This document shows, one piece after another, positions 24,901-38,735 of a stretch of 63,990 nt of DNA. The notes under the pieces are model-generated. The model had not been told where the DNA came from, searched no databases, and saw nothing but the letters and a program-made list of their open reading frames with translations. The DNA comes from Albugo candida (Eukaryota). The position numbers were made by a program, and so were the translations under genes. The stretch spans positions 124,011-188,000 of the forward strand of contig JBDOQK010000055.1 of the NCBI GenBank assembly GCA_040437565.1, written 5' to 3'. Numbering within the stretch: position 1 is the first letter of the stretch; every line of letters begins with the position of its first letter.

Positions 24901-27900
24901 AGCCACACAGAAGCTTAGGCGATGGAAATGTGCGGCAACAATACAAAGTCATTACCGCCGACATCGTCAACGAGTGCTTGATTCTGCAACAATTCGACTG
25001 CAATGCTTTTCCCGTCAGTGGATTTCCAGAAAGATCGCGCAACAGATAAGACGAGAAATCGCAGCACAATGTCGTATAAAGAATTTCTTTCGTACTCACT
25101 ACAGAAAGAGAAATGCAGCAGCACTCAAATTGCAGTTTTTTTGGTTGAAAAAGACGAAAAGAATCGGGCGTCATCTTCACGAACGCCGCGCTCGCATCGA
25201 GGAGCAAGAACGATACTTTCGTAAGATACAGGAATGTGGAAGCGTCACGCGAATTCAAGCTATGGTTCGCGGTTTCCTCGTTCGTAGACGCGCTGGTAGG
25301 ATTCAAGCACTAAAGAGACTGAGACGATTTGTCGGTTACTTCTTTGCATGGAGAGCCTTTCGAAAACGAAGAATTCGATGGAAAACTGCATTTGCAGCCT
25401 CTTTTGCTGCATCGTCTATTGAAGCTGGCTTTAAGTTGGCCACAAAAGCTCGTTTTGCGTCAAATTCACGATTTGTTATCAGAATCCAACAGCTGTATAG
25501 GGGCTTCCAAGCACGACAGAAGCTCATCAAAGCTGCCTCTTCTGAAAGACGTAATGAGGCTGTGGTACGATCCATTCAGTCTTATTGGCGGTATGCGCGC
25601 CAATGTCGATTAGTCGCTCGAGCGATCGCGATTCGCCGCCGACAGCGATCAAATCCGGCTTCAAATCTCTGTACGGTATCGGATGTTCTTGCCTGGACTA
25701 CAGAGTCCATCTCTACGTCATACAACCATGAAGATGAGCTATGTGGAATGTCTGCGTTGGAGTGGTTTTATCGTATCGGTATCCCGAAACAAGTCACATC
25801 CGTCATTGCAAAGAACGTCTATTTCAATGAAATCGCAGGGAATGATTTTCCGAATTGTCTCCGAAAACTCGGTGCATCGGAATGCGAACGCATTTTTCGA
25901 AGTATTTTACACTCGGGCGCAAAATTTCTTCATCCAAATCAAATCAAGGAGATTATAGGTGATCTACTCGCTAGCCTCTTTGGATACATTGTCAAGCAAA
26001 AGGCCGACTTGGAGCGTCGAAATCTAAAACGAGAAAATCAGTTGCTATCAGTTTTACAGCATCGGTATCAGAGTGTGAACAATCAGCTGCAGAAAGAAGG
26101 GAAGAGGCACAATGAGATACAAAGACGGCTGGAGACAATTGACGAGGAAGCAAAAGTATTTCGTCGACTCCCAAACGCACTGAAAAAGGAGCATCTTAAT
26201 CTTTCAGAAGCTTTAAATCGGTCGGGTGCTCAGGTAAAGCAAACAACGGAAAAGCACAGTGATTTAAAGTCGACCATTTTACGCCAAGAAAGTGTGATCA
26301 AGGATCAGCAGAAAGTGGTGGTCAGAATTCAGAAAAAAGAGGTGATAGCAACATATGACTTGGATCGTTTCCAGTTGGTAGATACCACATCTTCAATTGC
26401 TCAAAAGCTGTTTCTCGAGCGATTTCCACGATTACAAACTCATGCTAGTAAATTTTCAAAGTCCTTACATGGAATGAAGATTACTAAATGGCAATTCCAG
26501 CGATTTTTTAATCATTGTGACTCAATCGGACGCGTATCTTCATTTATGGCGCTTCTCACAGACCTACATACGGATGAGCGTGTCCGGAATCATAATTCGA
26601 TGCGTTTCGATAGAGTCATTGAAACTCTTCAGTGTGGAATTGAGAAAATTTGCGAATTACTAGGCCTCCCGTTCCTATTCATTGTCACAGCAACATCTTC
26701 ACAACCTTTTGTTCCCCGTCCAAGTTTCCTACTTGACCGTTTCTTGCTGTGGATTCTTCAGAAGGCTCACTATGCAAGACTTTTAGAAGACGGCGTCAAG
26801 ATTTGGAACCGCGGATTCGAAGCAATTTCTATGCTCGATAGCTCTGCGGGAAAGTTACAAGCTCATTGGAAACGAAGAATGACACAGACACGAATTCTGC
26901 AAGAGGAACGCAACAAGCAAGAGCAGCGATGGCTGGGAATGTATTTAGAGGAACGAAATTGCAACTACGTTGCTCTACACTGGCAACAAGAACGGGTCAA
27001 AGAGCAAAAACTCATAGAAATGCAAAAATATGGAGTACAACACGCTAGTATGGAAACCCTTCGAAGTGGTATCACCAGATTTCCATATTTGGAACAGTGG
27101 GATGAACAGAATCAGCAAGTTGTCTATATAAATTCAAAAGATGGAAATGAACTACTTTTAGACCGACCGACGTACACGGAATCAGAAGTTTATAAGGTTC
27201 TTCGCCTTCAAAAAGCATATCGAACGTTTGTAGCACGTAAAGAGTGGGAGTGGCAACTTCGAAGGCTCGAAAGGGATGAAAGAAAACGCGCCTTACAGTT
27301 ACAATGGATACAAAAGCGTGGGACGCACAGCGGGCCTGTCAAATGCTCGATTCGCGTTACTCCTAGCGAAGATTCAATCGCAGCCATTTGGTGGGCCAAG
27401 CATTTGGAAGGTATCTGTCCGACCAGTAAGAGAGCGTCCGACATCCAAAATTGTCACAATGCTCTACAGCATTCTTATGACCATACTATTCGGAATAAAT
27501 TCTTTACACCATTGACTTCCCAGTCTCACTCGATCGTGGCACTGATATCAGCCTATGAGAAATTTTGCCGATCGCTAACGCCCAGTGTCATCAAAGTTCA
27601 GATTGAATGCACGCAAACGGCACTCCGGTACGGATGGACGGCCGTCGTTCAAGGACAAAAACGATGGTATTATCAGTTGAACACACATCAGTATAGCACT
27701 AATCGTCCAGAATATGAATTTGATGAAGAGTTTGCTGCTATTCAAGTTCAGACACTTGGACGTCGCTTCATCGCACGAAGCGAGTATGCTCGTCTACTCT
27801 CTTCCGTGTCGATCGTTGACTGCATGCATGAAGCGATATCTGAGGCGGAAATGATCGGATGGATTGGTTTTGGATACGAAGGCATGAAGGTATCTGTTTT

Positions 27901-30259
27901 TCTTGATCGACTAGCGCTGTCAAGTCATAGAGACACGCTTCGATCGTCCACACTCTATGCCAAAGACGTGCTATATTTCGATGAGATACAATGGAGAAGA
28001 TTGCTTGGAAACCTTCAAACGCAAGAGCTTGACATTTTGTATCAGCGTCCATGCGTCAAAACGAAGCGAAATCGATATCCTTTAACTTTTCTTGGTTTCT
28101 GGAGCACTCTTCCGTCTGAGCATCATCCTTTTCATTTCATTGCTAGCGACCGAGTTCTTCACTCACTCTTAACGAAAGCTTACCCGAATCAACGGAGTTC
28201 TGTGGCATCGCTTCGGGATGCCATAAAGAAGTTTTATCCTGTGACGTATCGCCAATTAGAAACGCATGTTCAGAGGTACGCGGGACGACCGGATGAAGCG
28301 CTCAGAGATCTCTCGTCTATCAATGACGGGAGCCTGACAGCAAGCGAAGAGCACGAAAAGCTTATTTTTCACGTATTCTTACGAGCTGTTCAAAAGTGCA
28401 TCGTATATTGTGCGATCCTCGATATTTCACGACTACGAAGCGAGCTTTCAGTCGCTGTAGCTGTCGTCCGATACGCAATGGGGATCGACAATGTTAAAGA
28501 TCAGGGAATTCCGTACGTTGCCGTTAGTACCGATCAAGTTGCTGCTCATTACCAGGCCTTTGTATCTCAATTCGCCAAGAGAGCAGTTAGAGGCTGCTGG
28601 GAACGTCCACCGAGTGACACAGTGCCGAGGCTCACGTACGCTCAGGCAGCTCTTTATCTACGCACCGAAGTAATTGAGAGAGCACTCATTTGGGTACGAT
28701 CGGCTCTAGTGGTGCAATCATTATTTCGAATGCGCTCCCAGCAAAAGATCTACCGCGTCATACAAGTGACGCGATCATCATCAGCATTTACGATTCAATG
28801 TAATTGGAGAATGCATACAGCCAAAGTGATCCATCACACACTTTCTGAGCAGCTACGATCCGATTATGAGCAGTGTTTTGCAGTGAAAACAAAGAATTTT
28901 TTTTACATTCATCGACCTTCGATGATGCGAATGGAAGACCCGCCTCGAGACGCCGATGGTAAACTGGTTCCTTACCGCCCAATGATCCAGGATAAGCTGA
29001 CAGGAGAATGGAAGCAAGCATGGCCAAATGCCGAACGTAAGGAAACTGACCGAACTACAAGAGAGCTTCAAGTCTCAACAATGTGCTTTAATTGTCACTC
29101 CAGCAGAGCTGCGTGGCGATGTGACGAATGCTTTGGCCACTCCGGAGCTTCCCTTTATTATTGTATCGCATGCTTTATCGAATGTCATAATGTGGCAGTG
29201 TATCCCGAACGAAGCGGTCATTCGTACACACTGATGGATCATTCGACTCTAAAATCACTAGTCTGCGTAGAATGCGGTCGTTATTCCACAATGCGCTGCC
29301 TCACATGCCTAGAGCATTACTGCCGACGTTGTTTTGATCGCATTCATCGCGGAGGAAGCACGAGAAAGACACATCTTTGCGAGTTCTACCAGGAAGAGGC
29401 GAGCGTTTGTGACGAGTGTCAGAATCGCATAGCAATTTTATCGTGTTCGACATGCAAAGGCGTTTTATGTGAAGAGTGCATGAGACTTACCGGGCACCAT
29501 CGAGGCCGCAAAGCCCATCACCATGTTGACGTGATACAGCAACGACTTGAGCCCGGGGAGAAATTCTGTGGACAGTGTTTTGCTCGACGGAGTGAAGTGA
29601 ATTGTTCTCATTGCAGGCAGCTTTTGTGTCATGTGTGTCATCAAGGAAGTCACGCTTACCTCTGTGGTGAAGCCGCCTACTACCGCCTAAAAGCTCAATT
29701 TGATAGTGAGAGTATGTGCGTGGAATGCGGTGAACCGGGCGATCGAAAATGCATCAAATGTGGTGATATGTATTGCAGTAATCGTCGAATTGGGCAATTG
29801 GATTGTTTTGAAAAGTTTCACCAAAGAGGGAATCGATTGCGTCATAAATTTGAGCCTGTAGAGCCTCCGCCTTTTTCCGAGCGGCTGCGCGAATGGAAAG
29901 AAAAACGAGCAGAAGCGGTGGCTGTCGCTCCTGCCAAAGTGTCTGAGCATTTACCTGTGATGCAGAGCGATTCAGATACGAGAAAACATGTGGAAAAAGC
30001 GAAGAAGAATGAAGCGAATTCAGCGATGTGGAGTCACTGTAGAGCGCGTAATTGTGGGGCTGTAATTGCAAATGCAAAGGTTTTCTACTGTTTAAAGCAT
30101 ATGACACCACAAGCGGCGTTGGAAGTGAGTAGAAAAGACCCAAAAGAAGCTGCAAAATTGTTGATCGATCTCGAGATGCGAGCACATAAGCAAAACCCAC
30201 CAAACAGCACGCCGGGGGAATCGAACCCAAGACCTCAAAAACACGGTACTCTTCCCTGA
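21932..30259 (+). CDS. Giant (~2500 aa) IQ-motif / WW-like / tandem B-box zinc-finger protein
   Basis: 2331-aa ORF with many IQxxxRG motifs, a coiled coil, WW-like segments and repeated CxxC...CxxCxxxxH B-boxes. Two upstream exons splice in frame (22649-23250 is an overlap duplicate). The start codon is uncertain. Confidence 0.8.
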
Positions 30260-30958
30260 CGATTTCTATGACACGATCAAATGCTCGCCAATTGCTTGGA
30301 AACCAACCGCTCGTAATCGATAATGGGAGCGGTTTAATCAAAGCAGGTTTCGCGGGTGGGGACGTACCCCAACACGTCTTCCCCTCGTACATTGGCATAA
30401 CCAAACACGAACGAATGATGCCAGGAGGAGCATTTGAAGGCAGCACCACGNNNNNNNNNNNNNNNNNNNNNNNNNNNNNNNNNNNNNNNNNNNNNNNNNN
30501 NNNNNNNNNNNNNNNNNNNNNNNNNNNNNNNNNNNNNNNNNNNNNNNNNNAGAGCCTCCGCCTTTTTCCGAGCGGCTGCGCGAATGGAAAGAAAAACGAG
30601 CAGAAGCGGTGGCTGTCGCTCCTGCCAAAGTGTCTGAGCATTTACCTGTGATGCAGAGCGATTCAGATACGAGAAAACATGTGGAAAAAGCGAAGAAGAA
30701 TGAAGCGAATTCAGCGATGTGGAGTCACTGTAGAGCGCGTAATTGTGGGGCTGTAATTGCAAATGCAAAGGTTTTCTACTGTTTAAAGCATATGACACCA
30801 CAAGCGGCGTTGGAAGTGAGTAGAAAAGACCCAAAAGAAGCTGCAAAATTGTTGATCGATCTCGAGATGCGAGCACATAAGCAAAACCCACCAAACAGCA
30901 CGCCGGGGGAATCGAACCCAAGACCTCAAAAACACGGTACTCTTCCCTGACGATTTCT

Positions 30959-33187
30959 ATGACACGATCAAATGCTCGCCAATTGCTTGGAAACCAACCG
31001 CTCGTAATCGATAATGGGAGCGGTTTAATCAAAGCAGGTTTCGCGGGTGGGGACGTACCCCAACACGTCTTCCCCTCGTACATTGGCATAACCAAACACG
31101 AACGAATGATGCCAGGAGGAGCATTTGAAGGCAGCACCACGTTTGTCGGGTCCAAACTCACCCAATATCGCGGTCTATTCAAGCTCCAATACGCAATGGA
31201 GCACGGAATTGTCAAAGATTGGAACAGTATGCATCGAATTTGGCAATATTTATATTCTAAAGAGATGTTAAACGTCCAAAGTGAAGAGCATCCGGTTCTA
31301 TTAACGGAAGCGCCTTTAAACCCGATACAAAATCGTCAGCGAGCCGGAGAGATCTTTTTTGAAGCATTCAACATCCCGTCTTTCTTCGTATCGCCTCAGG
31401 CAGTCCTCAGCTTGTACGCTTCCGGTAGAACGACCGGCGTTGTGCTCGATGTCGGCGATGGCGTCGCACATGTCGTACCAGTGTTTGAGAGCTTTACGCT
31501 GCCGCATGCGATCACTCGGATGGATATCGCAGGGAGAGATGTCACCGATCAGCTTCAGAAACTTCTTCGACGATCGGGGTATCATTTCCAAACATCTGCT
31601 GAGCGTGAGATTGTCCGAGAAATCAAAGAAAAGCTTTGTTATGTCGCATTTAATCCGTCCAAAGAAGAGCAGATCGAAGCAGATAAAATGGTCAGAGCGA
31701 TAAACGACTCCAAATCGACATCTGTGGATGATACGATGGCGTACTACCTTCCTGATGGCACACTTTTGAATGTAAGCCATTGAGATCTGTAAGCGCTATT
31801 CTTACAGCTGATTGATAGATTGGAGCAGAGAAATTTCGGGCTCCTGAAGTACTTTTCCGACCAGAGCTTATCGGATCCGAATGCAGAGGTATGCAGCCAG
31901 ACTTCCCACACGNNNNNNNNNNNNNNNNNNNNNNNNNNNNNNNNNNNNNNNNNNNNNNNNNNNNNNNNNNNNNNNNNNNNNNNNNNNNNNNNNNNNNNNN
32001 NNNNNNNNNNNNTCGTACATTGGCATAACCAAACACGAACGAATGATGCCAGGAGGAGCATTTGAAGGCAGCACCACGTTTGTCGGGTCCAAACTCACCC
32101 AATATCGCGGTCTATTCAAGCTCCAATACGCAATGGAGCACGGAATTGTCAAAGATTGGAACAGTATGCATCGAATTTGGCAATATTTATATTCTAAAGA
32201 GATGTTAAACGTCCAAAGTGAAGAGCATCCGGTTCTATTAACGGAAGCGCCTTTAAACCCGATACAAAATCGTCAGCGAGCCGGAGAGATCTTTTTTGAA
32301 GCATTTAACATCCCGTCTTTCTTCGTATCGCCTCAGGCAGTCCTCAGCTTGTACGCTTCCGGTAGAACGACCGGCGTTGTGCTCGATGTCGGCGATGGCG
32401 TCGCACATGTCGTACCAGTGTTTGAGAGCTTTACGCTGCCGCATGCGATCACTCGGATGGATATCGCAGGGAGAGATGTCACCGATCAGCTTCAGAAACT
32501 TCTTCGACGATCGGGGTATCATTTCCAAACATCTGCTGAGCGTGAGATTGTCCGAGAAATCAAAGAAAAGCTTTGTTATGTCGCATTTAATCCGTCCAAA
32601 GAAGAGCAGATCGAAGCAGATAAAATGGTCAGAGCGATAAACGACTCCAAATCGACATCTGTGGATGATACGATGGCGTACTACCTTCCTGATGGCACAC
32701 TTTTGAATGTAAGCCATTGAGATCTGTAAGCGCTATTCTTACAGCTGATTGATAGATTGGAGCAGAGAAATTTCGGGCTCCTGAAGTACTTTTCCGACCA
32801 GAGCTTATCGGATCCGAATGCAGAGGTATGCAGCCAGACTTCCCACACGCATATTTGATCGTGTGTCTGCTTATAGGTGTCCATGAATCACTCGTCCAAG
32901 CAATCATGAAGTCGGACATGGACCTCCGTAAAACACTCTTCTCACAAATCATTTTATCAGGCGGATCGACATTATTCCCGGGTTTTGGCGATCGTTTGCT
33001 GGCAGAAGTGCGTAAACAAGCGCCAAGAGATATCAAAATTCGTATTTCGGCTCCACCGACTCGATTGCATTCCACATGGATTGGAGGGTCCATTCTAGCA
33101 TCTCTCGCAACATTCAAAAATATGTGGATCACAAAGAGCGAGTACGAGGAGTATGGACCTTCTATTTTGCATCGAAGAGCGTTATGA
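30959..33187 (+). CDS. ACTR1: Centractin / actin-related protein 1 (dynactin). One gene, with extra partial copies at 30268 and 32013 caused by assembly overlaps
   Basis: [57 protein letters not shown] and [12 protein letters not shown] are Arp1-type sequences. Confidence 0.9.
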
Positions 33188-33229
33188 GATCCAAAAAATG
33201 ATCTCAACTTGTAATTCACAATACTTTTT

Positions 33230-35297
33230 TTACTCGTGTGCTCCTGCACTTCGTAATCGTCTTTTTCCTCGTTGTTGGATGAGAATCCACAATGCTGCTC
33301 CCCAAGTGATCACCGACCATAAAAGCCACAAAGCGGTAAACCACAACACTTTTCGAAGTCCTCCTTGATCGTAGACACAATCGGGATCGATTTGAGGTCG
33401 TCCATCAATCTCGATAGAGCCACAATGAGGAGCCCAGGTATCCTTGAGCCATCCCAAAATAATCGGAGAAGGAACATCGCCTAACAGGTGAATAATCAAC
33501 GTATTGCACGATATCGCTAGTGGTCGTTGTGCCAGTGAGAAGCATTCCATTACAGCAATTGTTTCGGCCAAAGAGAGAGCGCAGAGAAAAAGTAAGGAGA
33601 CGGCTAAAAGTGAGAGAAATACCACTTTTTGGGAGGTAAAAAACATCATAAAACACGCAAATCCAAAAGCTGCGACCATCGAAGTGAATAGGAGAAGCAC
33701 TGAATGATAACATCGATAATGATTGCTTTTGGTGTCGTCTTGTGTGATCAAATGAACCAAAACGCCGCCTAATAGCGTTCCAACNNNNNNNNNNNNNNNN
33801 NNNNNNNNNNNNNNNNNNNNNNNNNNNNNNNNNNNNNNNNNNNNNNNNNNNNNNNNNNNNNNNNNNNNNNNNNNNNNNNNNNNNATCGGGATCGATTTGA
33901 GGTCGTCCATCAATCTCGATAGAGCCACAATGAGGAGCCCAGGTATCCTTGAGCCATCCCAAAATAATCGGAGAAGGAACATCGCCTAACAGGTGAATAA
34001 TCAACGTATTGCACGATATCGCTAGTGGTCGTTGTGCCAGTGAGAAGCATTCCATTACAGCAATTGTTTCGGCCAAAGAGAGAGCGCAGAGAAAAAGTAA
34101 GGAGACGGCTAAAAGTGAGAGAAATACCACTTTTTGGGAGGTAAAAAACATCATAAAACACGCAAATCCAAAAGCTGCGACCATCGAAGTGAATAGGAGA
34201 AGCACTGAATGATAACATCGATAATGATTGCTTTTGGTGTCGTCTTGTGTGATCAAATGAACCAAAACGCCGCCTAATAGCGTTCCAACGGCACCAGCCG
34301 CGACAACAATCGCTCCAAAAATGAATGAAACTTGTGTTTCATTATCAAAAAGTCGAAGCCCAAGAAATATCGTGGGCGAGAACACATTCAATCCAGCTAA
34401 AGAGAACGTATTGGCGGCGTGTCCGAGCACAATGAGAGTGAAAACGGGATGACGAAATATCTGGCCAACTTGACTCCAAAACGAATCAAGTGACGGATCT
34501 GATATCTCAGGTCGAATAAATCCTTCTGGAAGTGCTTCTTCAGCCTCAGGAATTCCTGACAAAGTTGGAGTGAGTTTAGAAACGCGTTTCATAGACTGTG
34601 TGCTTCCATGATCCATCAGCTGCGTAGTGATATCGCATTGTGTGAATCTGGAATTATGGCTGGAACGATTCCTCGACGATGATTTTGACGATTGCATCGT
34701 ATTTAGATGCTCGGGGACCGCGACCAAGCACAGAATGATAAGAAATGTCATTACAATGCCTTCAATGATATAAGCGCCAGCCCAGGTGAGTTGGGAATTG
34801 GCGAAAAGAGCTCCGTAGATGTAGCCAAGTGCCTGCCCGACAACCACAAAAATCAAGAAAAAACCAAGCCAGGCCGCTCTTGTCTTGGGGGAAGCATGGG
34901 TGTACAGAAATGGTGTAGCGTTGCATTGAAATGAGGCTTCACCAACCCCGCTTAGAAGTCGACCTAAGATTAGGATGTAATAGCTGTTGAGGATTCGTGC
35001 CACACCACAGATGAAGACTGCGAGGACCCAAATGCTCATACCGAGTGCGATCATTCGAAACGGTCGGTATTTGGAGGCAGCGTACCCAAAGATCATGGAC
35101 ACAACCGAGTAACTGGCAATAAATGCGGATGCGAGGAAACCGAGGTAGACGCTTTCTTCTTTGGCTGAGACGTGTAGTGTTCTTCCGATGAAAGCGTTAA
35201 AAGTATCGGGTGCGCCAGAAATGATGCCCCGATCCAGATAATTAATTAAATTGATGGCACATAATAAGACGAAGACGCCGCTTTTTGATAATTTCAT
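33230..35297 (-). CDS. Spinster-like MFS transporter (33380-33784 duplicated around gap)
   Basis: INLINYLDRGII, GRLLSGVGEASF and IHLLGDVPSP motifs with about 12 TM segments. Confidence 0.88.
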
Positions 35298-35737
35298 TGA
35301 GGGTGTTGAGTGAGGCTTGAAACGCGTTGCTTTACGCTCCCGAGTAGTAACGATTGGCTGGGTGGGTATTGCTATAGTGCGTTGTGTTGTGTTCTTCTTG
35401 TCCGTGAATGGTAGAAAATCGTAGCGACGAAACGCGATTCTCTCACGCGTACGTAAGCAGATCTGTCACCAAGACTGTTAAACGTGATACAGTTCCATAA
35501 ACGTGGAATACAAGTTTTAGTGTGTATGGTGGTTGACTGGTTGTCCACTTCGTATGGCTCGAAGTAACCTTGCGAATACAATACCCTTTCTTACACTGAT
35601 AGCTGAATAGAAGAACTGGATTTTCACCTATTACCTTATAACATAATAGATGCCACATATGTGTCTGATACATTTTTGTAGAATTCATTTCTTTATACTT
35701 TTATACTCGAATAATAACACCGTATCATTAGGGTACG

Positions 35738-37376
35738 ATGAGGTGCACGAGTCTCAAGCGCATCATCCATGGCTCAGAAATGATATCACGAACCAGTCTG
35801 ATTCCATTGCAGCGCTTACATTTACGCGCAGAACAATCGCGTCACAAAACCTCGCTAGCGTGGTCACCAACCGATGTCTTACCTGTGGTGCCTCCCGAAT
35901 GCTTACGAGTGCAACCACCCGTCCATAACAATTTGAATGGATGCACAGAAAACAGTCAGGGTCCCACGTCATTCACACAAATGTTTCGAGCGATGTCCCC
36001 ATATATTAATGTGCACCGTGGTGCCACCATGGTCATCCATCTTCCCGGCGAATTGATCGAATCGTCTGTCTTTAGCGCCGTCATGCAGGATCTTGTTCTG
36101 ATGCATACATTTGGAATCAGATTACTCTTAGTAGCTGGATCACGTCCTCAATTAAATCAGCAACTCAAGATGCGTAACCTGAGTCCTCAGTATAAATCCG
36201 GTTTGCGCATAACCGGTACCGAAGAGCTTCAGTGTGCCATGAAGGCTGCTGGACTGGTGCGTTTTCATATTGAGAGTTTTCTCGGTCGTGGCATCATCAA
36301 TTCTCCCGGTCGAAATCGCCACGTCAACGTCGCATCCGGCAATTTCATCACTGCTCAGCCCGTCGGCGTCCGTAATGGAATTGACTACAAATACACGGGC
36401 GAAATGCGTCGTCTGAATGTACCCAAAGTGGTATCCTTATTGGAACATAACGATATCGTTTTGATCTCTAACATCGGTTATAGTCCGAGTGGCGAAGTAT
36501 TTAACTGTCTGTCCGAAAAAGTTGCAAGTAAATGCGCTTCTCAACTTCAAAGTGAGAAACTGATTTTCCTGCATGAAGGCGAAGAATTGATCGATATACG
36601 CACAAATCAGCGGGTTCAAGCGCTCATTCTGGCTCAAGCTCAAGAGTACCTGTATCTCACTCGCAATGATACCGCTTTAAGTCGCAACTTTCGATCGTAT
36701 TTGGAGCAATCGCTTTACGCTTGTATGAACGGCGTGACTCGATCCCATTTGGTGAGTCGGCATGTGGATGGCGGATTGCTGCAAGAGCTCTTCACTCGAG
36801 ATGGAGCAGGCTTGATGATTTCTAAAAACATTTACGAAGGCGTTCGGATGGCAAAGACCAGCGATATTCCTGGAATAATGCGACTGATTCAGCCGCTTTT
36901 GGATGAAGATGTTTTGGTATCGAGAAATCAAGAACAGATTGAGACTAATGTCGATACATTTACGGTAATTGAAAGGGATGGAGCTATTATCGCATGTGCA
37001 GCCTTACAGCTGTATGAAGACAAATTTGCAGAGATGGCGTGTGTGGCTGTGGATCCGTCGTATCGAAGTTTGGGAAAAGTAATTTCACATTTAAGCAAAA
37101 ATTGTGGACTGATACTTTGTTTGCATGTAGGGAAACGCACTTCTTGGCTTTCTGCTCCGAAAAGCTCGTTCATCGGGTGTGGACAAAGTGTTTGTGCTTA
37201 CGACCCGCACTTCACACTGGTTTATGGAACGAGGCTTTGAGATCGCTACGATCGATCAACTTCCAGTTTCTAAAAGAATGACGCTCGATCTCAAAAGGCA
37301 ATCAAAGGTGTATATGATGGATATCAGCAGCAAAAGAGCTCTCGATGAAAAGGAATTGCTTCTACAGATGCATTAG
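35738..37376 (+). CDS. argA: N-acetylglutamate synthase (ArgA type, AAK plus GNAT domains), 2 exons
   Basis: FRAMSPYINVHRG, GYSPSGEVFN, LLQELFTRDG, EMACVAV and LTTRTSHWFMERGF. Intron at about 37079-37130. The N-terminal extension may be a targeting peptide. Confidence 0.92.
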
Positions 37377-37403
37377 GTAGCGTGGATCGACGGGATGAAG
37401 TTT

Positions 37404-38715
37404 TTATGACCTCACAGAGAGCCAATCTGCCAATTGAACTTTTCCTGTACAGTAGTCGTTCAAAGTGATTGAATGCTTCTTATCATTCGTCGCTGCAAAG
37501 ATTGAGCCACCAATCCACCCAAGAACGTTCCTAGGAAACCACAGATTAGCCATTTCGATCTCCTCCGATAAATGCTCCAGAATTGGTGTTTCTTTCATGA
37601 CGGAACATATCTCGTGACGCAGGCGGTTCTCAAACCCTTGAAAGAATTCGTCACTACAGACGACAAACAGAAAATACGATCTAACCTGGAAGCATGCTCG
37701 CTCCTCCAATGAGCATAATGTTGCGACCCAGATTTCTCCTCAAATCGATTGGAGCTTTACTCAAAACTTCCTTGAAGACCTCAGCGATGGACTCATTCTC
37801 CTCACTCACAAAGAAATGCTCCAAAACTTTCCAACGAAGCTTTCCAGGCACCTATAATTTGAATTGAGTATTGAATAACCTTCCAAGATCTACGTACTTT
37901 TGATTGATTCTGAAATGTTGCGTCGACTGATTTGATGGGATCAGTGAACGGGCGACAAAAACAACATTTTGTGAGTATTTCTTCAGCTTTTGTGTGAGGG
38001 ATGCCTAATTGAGTACATAACTCCTGGCAACTCAATTGAGTCCCTCCGGGAACGGCTACATAATGAAATGAGGAGGGGAAAGGTTCTAGGATGAGGCCGT
38101 ACTCGTGTATAGATGGAGCAATGGAGTCCCTTTGTATACAGGTAGTAGACGCGTCTCGGACCATCCGACATCGATGATGATTCCGGTGTGGTAGCTTGTT
38201 GCGTACAGCGATGTGAGTAGTGTGGGTACAAACGTGACTGAGGAAGCCTTTAGTATGAGGAAGTCAACGTGGTTCGACCCACGCCGTCGGTCAACTTACC
38301 TGCAAGGACTTCAATAAAGTAAATATTAAGGCTTCACGAAGTATTTGGGGTGCGAGCAAATCTTCACACAGGACAAAATGTCGATGGATAGGTCGAATAT
38401 GTAGTTGACTGTATAGACATAGTATCGTATGATTGCTTGAAAAGCCTTGTACGATACACTTACTCATAAATGAGATTGCTGAGGAAAGTCTCCACGTATT
38501 TGAGTATTCGATTCGTTTGTTGAGGATTGTTTATATACTCGACGATCTTAACAAAAGTGTAAACAAGCAGCACGTAGCACTAAAAGTTATCTACTGACCT
38601 TCCATTCTACAATACACCGAGGCTCCTTTTCCTGCGAGAATCCACATTTTATGAAGCGACTTCCAACCTCAATGACCACGGTCGATTTGAAGTTGCTCGA
38701 GGGAATTGAGTACAT
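37404..38715 (-). CDS. ACTR10: Actin-related protein 10/11 (dynactin pointed-end Arp), multi-exon
   Basis: VVIEVGSRFIKCGFSQEKEPRCI at the N-terminus and GFENRL...WIGGSIF...LADW at the C-terminus, on a divergent actin fold. Confidence 0.75.
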
Positions 38716-38735
38716 GTAGTACCGTATTTCGAAAA

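Noticed and set aside
30268..32849. Apparent three tandem Arp1 genes, and likewise doubled Hsp33, MFS and chitobiase pieces
   Set aside because: Each copy abuts a 100-N gap and is essentially identical, including introns, so these are contig-overlap artefacts.
29754..33249. Long antisense ORFs (e.g. 30334-31215, 32629-33249, 19184-19753)
   Set aside because: They are shadows of conserved genes on the other strand or are artificially extended through N runs.
36431..36440. GTATCCTT/ATATCCTT U12-type 5' splice-site motifs (also near 33438 and 63266)
   Set aside because: They fall inside uninterrupted coding frames or on the antisense strand. All introns I reconstructed look like ordinary GT-AG introns.
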